This document shows, piece after piece, positions 42,303 through 52,965 of a DNA stretch of 64,000 bases. The stretch's first letter is position 1, and the number at the start of each line of letters is the position of its first letter. The translations under genes and the position numbers were made by a program. The stretch is from Tubiluchus corallicola (taxonomy: Eukaryota; Animalia; Priapulida): contig JAQGDQ010000838.1 in the NCBI GenBank assembly GCA_030141605.1, positions 1-64,000 on the forward strand. The letters are read 5' to 3'. The notes under the pieces were generated by a model. That model searched no databases, was not told the origin of the DNA, and worked only from the letters and a program-made list of their open reading frames with translations.

Positions 42303-44015
42303 ATGGCCATGATACCAGCAAATGTAGTGAACACGCCGAACTACGTGGTACAAGAAATGGCTGTACAAAATATGGCGACCGTGCAGCAAAAGCAAGACAG
42401 ACACCTAGCGGGAGATATAACAACTAAGAAACTGGCATTTGCTGCAGCGATCACTCAAACGGTTTTTGGTTTGATTTTTCTGCTTTTGCAAGTTATTGTG
42501 GTTTCTGTGACCTGTCGTGGTTGTGACGGAGCGTTGATTGGCTTATGGGCAGGCATTGTGTTTACAGTCACAGGAATTGTGGGATGTGTAGGAAGATTTA
42601 AGGACAGACCAGGAGTGTGGATAGGTTTCATGGTGTTATCTATTATTTCTGCAATAATAACATGCATAGCGTTAATTACAGCTGGTATTGTAGCAGCATT
42701 TACATCGGATCAAAACAGCACAGTTCACAATATTCACGTAACGTACGTTGCCTTTTGTGTACTAGAATTTATTACATCCCTTTTCTCAGCTGTAGTGTGC
42801 TGCAAGTTAATGTGCTGTAGAGTGACAGATTACAGCAAAAATCAAATGACAATCGTACCAGCATCAGCTACTGAACCTGGAAGAATGACAGGTGTGGTTG
42901 CCATCAATCAAGAGCAGAAGACGGAAGTTGTGTACGACCTTCCTTATGTTACACCACTTCCGCCGACGATGTCTGCAGGTCCTGCACTACCTCCTAGACC
43001 AGATGAAGTCACCGGTAACAACAAAATGCGATACAGAGAAAATCTTGCAAAAACTACTTCGGATGAAGTTGACACGAAGAGGAGCAAAATTCGCTATCTT
43101 GAAAAACTTGGGGAAGGAAGTTACAATGAAGTTTACAAAGCCATACTGCACAAAGATGCACAAGATAGAAACGTAGAAGAAAAAACAGTCATAGCCAAGT
43201 GTGCAATAAGGGGAAAACGAAATCAGTTTGTTACTGCATATCACGAAAAAGAGCTTGAGACTTTGAGAGAAATTCCTGTCCATGAAAATCTGCTGGGTAT
43301 TATCACGAAAATAAATGATGCAGACAAAGGTCAGGTGGTAATCGTTGATTATATGGAGGATGGAGACTTAAAATCGTTCCTTGTGAAGGAAGCAGAGTGT
43401 ACCGACCAGTACACAAATAGTGCTAACTTGACTGTCAGGATGGCAGTATCATTTGCTTCTGACATTGTCTCTGGACTTGAACATCTGGCTAAGCATAAAT
43501 GCTTGTGTCGTGATTTGGCCGCTAGGAGCATTCTTGTCTCTGCAGACCTTAGGTGCAAGGTCACTAAATTTGGGAAAGAAGAAGACGTTGTTAGTTATCG
43601 GTGCAGCGTGAAGAGATTACAAAAGCGTTTGCCAGTTCGCTGGATGGCACCCGAGTCTTTGCAATTTAACAAGTATTCTACAGAATCAGATGTCTGGTCA
43701 TTTGGGGTACTCTTCTGGGAAATCGTAACTCTTGGAGCTACGCCCTATCCAGAACACAAAACGGCTGGTGAGGTCGTTGAAGCCATCAGAAATGGATACC
43801 GCATGGAGTGTCCTCCGGGCTGCTCAGAGGAGTTGTATGAGCTGATCGAAGTTTGCTGGCGTGAAAGTCCCGATGACAGACCCAGCTTTCAACAACTGCG
43901 TCAGCAGTTACAGCAGATGCTGGAAGATGTCAGTGGCTACGAATCATTATCTGATTATAAGCTCATTGATGTCTATCAGGACCTCATGGCGGGTAACATT
44001 GACGAAATTGTCTGA
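42303..44015 (+). CDS. MS4A/CD20-like four-TM protein fused to a tyrosine pseudokinase with an ITAM-like tail (570 aa, intronless CDS)
   Basis: ATG in acaATGG context with a splice acceptor at 42187. Four hydrophobic helices with MS4A-like GLWAGIVF..G and E..S..SA..CC. TK motifs [35 protein letters not shown]...P..RP.F. Confidence 0.92.
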   Translation: MAMIPANVVNTPNYVVQEMAVQNMATVQQKQDRHLAGDITTKKLAFAAAITQTVFGLIFLLLQVIVVSVTCRGCDGALIGLWAGIVFTVTGIVGCVGRFKDRPGVWIGFMVLSIISAIITCIALITAGIVAAFTSDQNSTVHNIHVTYVAFCVLEFITSLFSAVVCCKLMCCRVTDYSKNQMTIVPASATEPGRMTGVVAINQEQKTEVVYDLPYVTPLPPTMSAGPALPPRPDEVTGNNKMRYRENLAKTTSDEVDTKRSKIRYLEKLGEGSYNEVYKAILHKDAQDRNVEEKTVIAKCAIRGKRNQFVTAYHEKELETLREIPVHENLLGIITKINDADKGQVVIVDYMEDGDLKSFLVKEAECTDQYTNSANLTVRMAVSFASDIVSGLEHLAKHKCLCRDLAARSILVSADLRCKVTKFGKEEDVVSYRCSVKRLQKRLPVRWMAPESLQFNKYSTESDVWSFGVLFWEIVTLGATPYPEHKTAGEVVEAIRNGYRMECPPGCSEELYELIEVCWRESPDDRPSFQQLRQQLQQMLEDVSGYESLSDYKLIDVYQDLMAGNIDEIV

Positions 44016-44646
44016 TTGTGTGCAAACGTTGATCAAATCATTCTGGCCCTCGAAACAAAGTGAAATGGTAGTTAAATCTTCATTAGTTGTTAAAGATTTG
44101 AAGAAATGATGATGAAATCGATTATCTACTTCCATTGTAAAGTGAGCACGCGTGTGACAAATTACTTCGACTTTCTAGTAAGCTAGCAGATCTTTTAAGA
44201 CTTGACATTGTGTGATAGTTTTAGAAATGTTGGGCTTAATTTTACTAAACTTATTTTATTACTTAAACTAAACTAGTTCAAATTTATTTTAAATACATCG
44301 CTTGACTATTCTTTGTAAGAATTGTAAATATCATTTAAACCTTTTGGTGATTTACTGTTACATTTTGTTTCGTCAAAAGCCCGTTTTATTCTGTATAGGA
44401 AAATATTTTTGTATTTTCGTGTACGTGTACACGTGCTAGATACAAACAAGTAATACATTGTTTATTGAGTACATTATACTGATTTCTACAAGCTGGCTTT
44501 TTCGTGTACAAGTCAAACAAGTAACATCACTAGAAGCAGACGAAGTTGTGTCTTCTTGTGGGTAGAGGCGTGGTCGCAGGCTGGGGAGGGAGTTTTTTTA
44601 ATCACTACCCCATACACAAACTTCTTGCTTGTCACTAGTGATACTT

Positions 44647-45937
44647 GTGATATGTGGTGTACGTGTACCACCTGTGATATAGGACGCTTTCGTTACGACA
44701 CCACAAACACTTTTTGCTACTAATTTCCGATACGTGCTGACACGTGGGTTCAGTGAATCTTTCCATTTAAGCATAGTTCACAGACATGTATTCCGAATAG
44801 AACCAAACAAAACAGTTCTTAATATTGCCGATAAATTCTGGGTTTAATGAAATAATAAGAACTAAAAAAAAAACAATCCACTCTAATCCAAAACAACAAC
44901 AAAGTTGTTATAATTACAAACAACGTTTCCAGACAACCTACGATAAACAGAAGACTAGTTAGCCCCAACCCAGGTGAGGGAGAATGATGTAAGGTAAGTA
45001 TACTTATCAGTTGTAGTGACTGCTGTCGGATTCCAACGTTTGACGATCTCCATCACTCTGGAAGCTGGAATAACGTGAGTAACCGGTTATGCGAACTTCG
45101 TGGAATCTTGAGCAGCTACTCTTCCAAAGCTTGAGCGGGGGTGGGTGGGTGTAATCTTACGTGGCCACTTCTACAATGCTTGTCAGGTGTACCGGAGTCG
45201 TAAGTGGTTACTTCTCCGATCCTAGTGGAGTGCAGTGGAGTCCTGGCCCATGGAGCTCGTAGAACTACCATTGGTACTACGTCTGGTCATCGCCTGGTTG
45301 TTTCTGCACCAGATCTCCCGAATTTCCGTTTACAGCAGTACGTCAAATAACGAATAATAGACAGTTTATTGGTGTTTTCGCCTCACGGCTCGAACACCTA
45401 ACCCTTTGGTGTGTCAGTGCCCTTTAATAACTTTCTGTCGCCACAATAATTAAGTTTTGACTTCGACTGTTAATAAATGTTCGTCGGAAGCCATATTCGA
45501 CGACTTCACTGGCCTAGCACGTTCGACACACTGTGTTGAGCCTGGTTTCAATTTCTAGGACAGGTAAAACTGGATGACCTTGTCCTTTAACACGACGGTT
45601 CATTGGCTAGATAGCCTGTTCAGTTGAGCGTATGACCAATCACTTACTTTCTTGTAAAGGAGATCTAGGACAGGTATGAGGTGGGACCCTTCCCAGAGCT
45701 AACTAGATGCATGCTCATATATGTACAGTCACAACTTGCTTTACTGTAGTAGGTAAATTCGCTTAATGAGTAATTAACTAATTACTCATTCAATTAACAT
45801 AAGTAATTAGCTAAATTAAGCTATTAATGTAGCCTAAGTATGGGATATACACAAAATCATACTAGAATACAGTTCAACTATATTAAAAGGGGTTGCAATG
45901 CTGCTCGGTAGTTCTTATATTCCAGACTGACGTCACA
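44647..45937. mobile_element. Possible solo LTR (tentative)
   Basis: GC-richer ~1.3-kb segment bounded by tgtga...tcaca; no convincing TSD found. Confidence 0.3.
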
Positions 45938-46654
45938 GTATATATATAGACATATATACACATATATCTATAAACACATATAACACGCACACACACACAT
46001 TTATTGCAAAAATTATACACTAGTACAGAGCAAAACAAATTACATCATACATAAAATCAGTGTATAACCAGTCAGTGACAGATGTCAGCAATTGTGTCAG
46101 TTAGAGTAAGTGAAAAATCACAAGAATAAAAACATTAAAATACTATATTACATATCTACAAATTTGTCCACATGATGACGTCATGGTGATTTATGAAATT
46201 GTGAATTTTAATACTTTTTGATAGTTATTGCTACTTTTTCAAAGGTTTAAATTTAAAAACTAATTAAGTTTTAAAGTCTTGGTACTGGTAGGAGACTACA
46301 ACCAGGTGAGCTATATTTTGGCTTGTCGTCTGCCAAATTCTATTATTAAAAAACCTAACGGACATAAGCGCAATACGAATTAATAATGTAGTGCTTGAAT
46401 ATTTATAACAAATTTTTAACGATCATAATGATAATAGTTCTGCTGAATTCATTTTGATTATGAATTGTATTTTTGCATGTTGTTTGTTTGGGAAAAAATA
46501 AAACGATTTGATTTGATTTTTGACTACTGGCATTGATGTTCTGAAGTTTAATCAGAAAAAAGTCGACGGGTAAATACTTGTATTAAGCATGATTGTTTTC
46601 TATAAATATCATTCTACGCTTCGTAGAAGATTAAACTAAATATTCGTTTACAAC

Positions 46655-46690
46655 GGCCTTGGTCATGGGTTCAAGTCCCAGTGGGGGTAG
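46655..46690 (+). mobile_element. tRNA-derived fragment (box B / T-loop)
   Basis: ggtcatgggttcaagtcccagtgggg; the 5' half of a tRNA is absent. Confidence 0.45.
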
Positions 46691-48312
46691 AAAAGTGCTC
46701 AGACTTTTATAAGTTTTTCTGTTTTAGTACTGCTTTCATATGTTTACAAAGTGAGAGTTCACTTGTGCATAGGCATGTCAAATTGGAGATATTGTGATAA
46801 TAAAATCTGTTATAAAGGAACGTTCCATGATTCAAGTTAAATTTTATCTTGTAAATGTTGTTTTTCTGAACATTAAAATATTCTCTTTGATCTGATTTTG
46901 TGTTTTGGACCATATATAATTATGTTTAATGTTTGACTATATTTAGGAACGACTGGTTTTTGGTTTTTAGCTGTTGTTGTATTTTTGTTTTTTGTATTTA
47001 TGGACGTTTATGTATTTTTTCATAGTTGTGTTCTGCTGTCATTAGCGTCTTTTTGTTTACTGTCTTTCTGAGAAGGGTGGTTGACTCGCTAATCTTTGGT
47101 TTTTCGCCACCCTTTCTCCCATGTTCATTTGTATTTTTGTATATTTTATTGTCAAATTAATGTAAATTTATGGAGAAAAATAAAAAATCACTTAATTCCA
47201 CAAACGTTGTTTCAAGTAAATGGTGTACGAACATGCTTTTAATTTTGCCATGGGAGACGGAGTCTTTGTGACAGTGCACAACATATTATAAATGAAACAC
47301 TTCTATAAAGTGTGTAAAAAGTTGGTCTTACTATAGTGGAACAGGCAGGAAACAACTTTTTTTTAAAATTGTTACTGAATGACCAAAGTTGAGTTTGTAT
47401 CAGCACTGATAATGGTAATCACCTGCATTCTTTTTCCACAGTAATCTTAATAAAACGTGACTGTGGCTCAACAGGTTACTGAACACTTTATAATCATGAT
47501 CACAGTTTTTCTTAGTTCTCGCTCCATTTCATCTTTCATTCACTACCCCCCCCCCACTTTTATGCATATATTATCATTATTTCAATTATTAATCACTTCT
47601 TTAAGATTTCCACGTACAGTGTGGCCTGTCAAGCTTTTAGGCTCAAACTGTATGCATCAAAATTATTCTGTAATGTAATTTGCACATGTATATGCTGCAT
47701 AATAATCTCTTTTGTAATTTCTGGATAATATTGCATTTATATTTATATTTACTTCAGTGAAATTATCTGTATTTTTATTATAACTGTAAGATGCAGTGTG
47801 GAAATAAATAAACTTAAACTTAAAAAAACTCTTGACGGATACGCGAACTGTAAAAAAAACACGGAGAAGTCACCTCCAGATCTGGTAAACCAGGAAAGAA
47901 CAGAAACGCAAAAAAACACAAATTTCTATTGCATTTTATATTATAAACTATCAAAGATAACAAGAAACACGAAGGCCAAACTACCATTCACACACATTTT
48001 ATAGTAAAATAAAAGAAATACTGATTAAACAAACAAACGACAAAGCATTGTGAACAAACTAGAGAAATTGTACGATGATTCTTAACGGCTGGAATACCTT
48101 CTATCAACAGAATGATGTGCTCACTAAGCTAAGTAACCATTAGTTAAATGCACTCCAACACTTAGAAAGAATAAAATTAGTTAAACTAGCAAAGATGATA
48201 GCAACAATCAACTGAATCAGCTACGAACACCGTGACGCCCTTTCAAATTTGAAGTGAAGTTTAAGTTTGTCAGGATTAGCTATGGGGCTAGAAGATCAAC
48301 TTTGCTCAAGGG

Positions 48313-48505
48313 GATCCTAGCTACACACTGGAAACCTCTTTGACTGCAAGTTGCCAGATTTGAGGAAAGCAGCTAGATTCCTAGCTACATCCTGGAAACC
48401 TCTTTGACGGCAAGTTGCCAGATTTGAGGAAAGCAGGTAGATTCCTAGCTACATCCTGGAAACCTCTTTGACTGCAAGTTGCCAGATTTGAGGAAAGCAG
48501 GTAAA
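48313..48505. repeat. 64-bp tandem repeat x3 inside a probable minus-strand LINE 3' end
   Basis: ctagctaca...ggaaacctctttga...gatttgaggaaagcag at 48317, 48381 and 48445. Confidence 0.9.
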
Positions 48506-51362
48506 TTTCAAAGTCCCAGTTATTGGGCAACACCAATAACTTTAGGCAGAATTGTAATAAATGAAGTAGTAAAGAACTTTGCTCGAGGAAGGATATTAAA
48601 CTTCTAGCTATCAGAGTGATTCACACATTCTGTGCAAAATGGAAGTCTCGGGTTTAAGACGTGAAATCTCACAAAAACATCTCAAGATCATAAAAAATTA
48701 TTTTCTTTACAGCTACGTTCGGATAATAACTAGAGTTGATATGTGAACAAATTAAGTATGTGAAAAAGCGTTTAATAAAGTATGCTAAAGGTTTTGTACA
48801 AAACTTTCAAGATACAGTATTAACATATTTAACGTATTTGAACTAAACAGTCATTGTTTACTAACAATCCCAGTATAAGCAGTCATTTTTTGCAAAATAT
48901 TAGTTCTATAACGTTTATAATGCTTAATTATATCACGTGGCTAACATATTCACCCACATACCCTCATTTTAACAATCACAAGACCAGAGAAGAAACAGAT
49001 AATTTGATGACATTCCACACAGAAGCTGATACTTTTTTGTGGAACAAAGTTAATTTTTAATTTACTACAAGTAAATAGCACTGCAAAATGACCGAAACAG
49101 TGTTGTGACTGAAGCCTACGTCGAGAACTACAGTAGTCAGAGCACAGCACAGACAAGGAAGTACATGGCACTGTTTGCATTAGTCAAAATATAGCATTCA
49201 GTCTACATATAGTACCCAATAAATAATACAATCTACATCTATGTAAGAGCACAGTTGTCACCATATCACAAAAAACACCTGTATCTATTCTACTCTTTTG
49301 TGAACGTTTATACTCAGCAAATTTCATTGACAAATCAGAGGTCTGCCATAAGAAAGTACATTTAAAATACAATCACGTAAAGCTGGACATCAAGAAAACA
49401 TTGGACAAACCAATGCAGTAGTGTAAAAGGTTTCTAGTGTTGCTTACATGAAAAAAGGCCATTAGAAATGTCTCTAATGCCAAATGCATAAAGAAAACAA
49501 AATGGACAATCCAAGACCATGACAAATATCTCATGAAAATTTATTTAATTTTCAGTAAGGTAAAGTTAGTAAGCAGCAATGCAAACTCAGAACATTGCAT
49601 TACTTTACGAGTAACAGATAAGTCAGCGGAAGTTGTAGTGAGCGGTATTACACAGGTAACTAAAGAGTTGTGAAAAAAGTTTGAAGTTGAATTCTCAGCT
49701 ATGAAGTACTACTCTGTTCTGAAAGCTGCTGGGACAACTAAAATTCATGACATACCAAAGCGTCCAGCATCCACATTGAGTGTGCAAGCGCGAGAGAACG
49801 CATATTGTCCATGGGTAATAAAAACAAAGATTTTGGCAGCGGACATGGCAAGCCAGACGCCATAAATTCTTTCTAATTTTTAACGTTTAGTGTCCGGCAT
49901 TCAGCACCTGTTCCTTATTCAGTCAATATCAGACGGCTTTGCGAATTGTTACACAAATGAATACAGTAAGAAGAGAAAAGTATTGCAAAAATACATTTGT
50001 TATCAAGCGTTTAGCTTAACTGGAAATCCTAGTCACATACTGGCACGTGCTGCCACCACACAGCGGTCAACGAATAAATAAAAAAATCCTACGTATAATA
50101 CAACTAGCAAAATAAACTGCCAACTTCATAGAGAGCTGGCACAACATTTGCAAACACTTTCATTCATGAGTTTTGAATATAAACCTTAGGAAAAAGCTTT
50201 TTGCATACTGTACATAACCATGTATGAATTGTGAAAGGCTCTTCCATTTTCAAATAACTGATGATTTTTTTCTTTAGTTCTTACTTTATACTTGTACAAA
50301 ACCAGAGCACATGCTTTACAGCCCAGCACAGTGGTGTGTTTGGCTGTTGTGCACCCACTAAGTAGAGAAAGTACTGTCCCTCACACAGTTTCTTGTCATT
50401 TGTCACGGTGCTTAAAAACCGTGCACTGGCATATTCTTGAATTGTGGCAATTTAGGCTATTAGTAAGCAAATAGTTTTTTGTTTAGGATTTTATCAAGTT
50501 TATGTATAAATTTTCACACGTTTGTTTATTTAAAATTACAATTACAAATTACAACATTAAAGTTCCACTTTACACAGCATTAAAACAATTTTCTGAAGTA
50601 GCGCCCCCACTAATTTTTACTACGAACCGCCACTGTGTGCAGAATGTAGGATATGAAATGAAATGATATATTATTACGAACTGAAATTTATGATGAAATG
50701 ACTTCCACGTGAATAAAAAAATTATCAGAAAAATGAGGCAAGTTGGCACTACGGTAACCAGTTCTAAACAAATCATGTAGGTATTAAACAATTTCAGTAA
50801 ACCAACCACTGAAGTATATGTACATGTGACCAGAATTATTAGCATAGACGGGCCATATTCAATAGTAGCAATAAATAATTAACACAATTAAAGATGTCAA
50901 CAATCAAGTTTACATTGCAAAATCAAGGATCTCTACAATAGAGAAATGTTCTAATTGTTTATTAACTGTTGTTCAGGAGGATTTCCGGATAAGATTTTAG
51001 AGTTGCACGTGTCAAAAACAAACATACTGGCATGCACTTCACAATGTTCTGATAAGAATGAAACTAAAATGTTTCATATAGACTTAGTTTTAGAATACAG
51101 ATTATAGCCAATACACGATACAAACATACATTATTACAATTCTCTGAAGTATGAAAAACTACAGCACATTATACCAAAGACGGCAAAATTTGCACCTGGC
51201 ATGGAAAAGTAGTGGCCTACTTTGCATTTTTGGATAGTTTCTCAACAGTGAATAAATATTTGCTCTACCTTTTATATCGGAAGATGGGAAGACCATTTGC
51301 ATCAGTCTATTAACAAGCCACAATGGTTCATTTCATACATTTAATGGATACAGACAAGAACA

Positions 51363-51968
51363 TTAAAGGAAAAGCTAACCCAATTTTAAACTACAGCTCA
51401 AAACAATCTACCCTGCAAAACATGGAAAGGGAACATAGTACTTTCTCAAAAATGGGTTTCGTGAAAATTATTACCACAGAATGGCAATTTCGTGTTTGCA
51501 CCACCAGGAGTTCACTGTTACATGCATTTTGCCATTCACTAGCTGGACGAGCACTATCGCCCGCATCTCAGAAATGCATTGCAGAAAAAGCAGGTGATGT
51601 ACCTCTCAGCTGGGAGGTGTTCGGTTGTGACGTACTGCACATGCTCGAGAGCTGATGCGTGAACACAGCGGTAAATTGGAAATTTTGAATTTGAAATTTG
51701 AAATTTGTCGAGTTTTTGTACGTTACACAGTAGCACTGTACTTCAATTTCCGCTTTAGCGCACACATGCAAGCAGCTTGCAAAATGTTTGTGCTGTCGAA
51801 AATTATGCTCTGTTGTGATGTAATCACTAGCAGGGCATGCCTGCCATAAATTTTTCAACCTATATTTCAATTATCTCAAACACTTTGGCATTATTATAGG
51901 TGAAAAATGTATACTTTTTAGCGTTCTTTAAAATTGGGAATGATACGCAAATCAAAATTTTCCTTTAA
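51363..51968. mobile_element. Kolobok-like non-autonomous element, copy 4
   Basis: TTAA-AGGAAAA...TTTTCCT-TTAA ends; homologous interior. Confidence 0.75.
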
Positions 51969-52613
51969 CCACTTCACTGCCTGTATGACGAGAATCTCCC
52001 GTCATGAAAATTCTATTCCGACTGGCCTGTATGACGAGACTCTACCGTCATGCTTAATATGCAAATTAACTGACGCCTATGTCAGTAGCAATAATACTTA
52101 CACACGCCACATGCAATTGAGGAATCTAGCTTTGAAAAGAAAAAGCGGTGGTGCCCTCTCTTGTCTAAAAAAGATGATAGACAAGCTAGAAAACATTCAT
52201 GGCCAAATAACGCGCAAAATGGTCAAAAAAGATTGCTGTTGTTGCCGAGATGTCGTCTGCTACATTGTCACTGCTTTTCCTGTATCTTTGTCAATTTTTT
52301 TGTCTTCAAATGACCGGAAAAGATGCAGTGTGGAGCAAATTAGGGACTTCGTGGCAAAATTTGGGATAGAGTCATCAGATGATGGTAGGTGAAGCCAATC
52401 CATACACGACTATTAGACATGAGAATTTCAAAATTGTATGGTTGATAAATTGTGTGCATCCGAGCTACAAATTACAGCATTAGGCCTGCTCTTAATTCTT
52501 CTACGCACGGCAATAGTGACAATAGAAGTGGTTGTGATGCAGTCACAACTTTTCATTTTACCAAAATATTCTTGCACGCCAGCTGGAATACAAATTGCAC
52601 GGCAGTGAAGTGG
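51969..52613 (+). mobile_element. Non-autonomous piggyBac-like element
   Basis: Perfect 13-bp TIR CCACTTCACTGCC / GGCAGTGAAGTGG with TTAA on both sides (51965-51968, 52614-52617). Confidence 0.85.
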
Positions 52614-52905
52614 TTAATTAATCCGAAAATTATCAAAATTGGAATTTCTCATAGAAATCACCGACAATCGCAGTCATATCGACAGACTACTGTATTAGCA
52701 GGTTTCTAAAATAAATAACACATTCTGTGATACCACTTGGCCATGCCAGCGTGCGATGAGCCGAAGAGAAATTTGACGAAATAATTCCGATAATGAAGAC
52801 AAAATGTAGTCCATTTGAAAATACGAAAACCTGTATTTTTCAGAACGACAAAATTTCCGGGCAATGTGCAATGCGATGATTCCAAGAACTAAAACATAGT
52901 TACTG

Positions 52906-52965
52906 TTAGCAGGTAAATCGGTTCTTAGCAGTGGATCCAGATTTTGACATGTTATCAACATGAGC
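52906..52965 (-). CDS. eIF4E: eIF4E terminal coding exon
   Basis: AHVDNMSKSGSTAKNRFTC*; contains the S209-equivalent KSGS. Confidence 0.93.
   Translation of the reverse strand, partial: AHVDNMSKSGSTAKNRFTC

Noticed and set aside
46655-46690. tRNA gene
   Set aside because: Only the T-arm region is present; no cloverleaf.
50570-50640. Alternative eIF4E last exon (KISGGATSENCFNAV*)
   Set aside because: The much better last exon is 52906-52965; this looks like a CAGTGGCGG-type transposon end.
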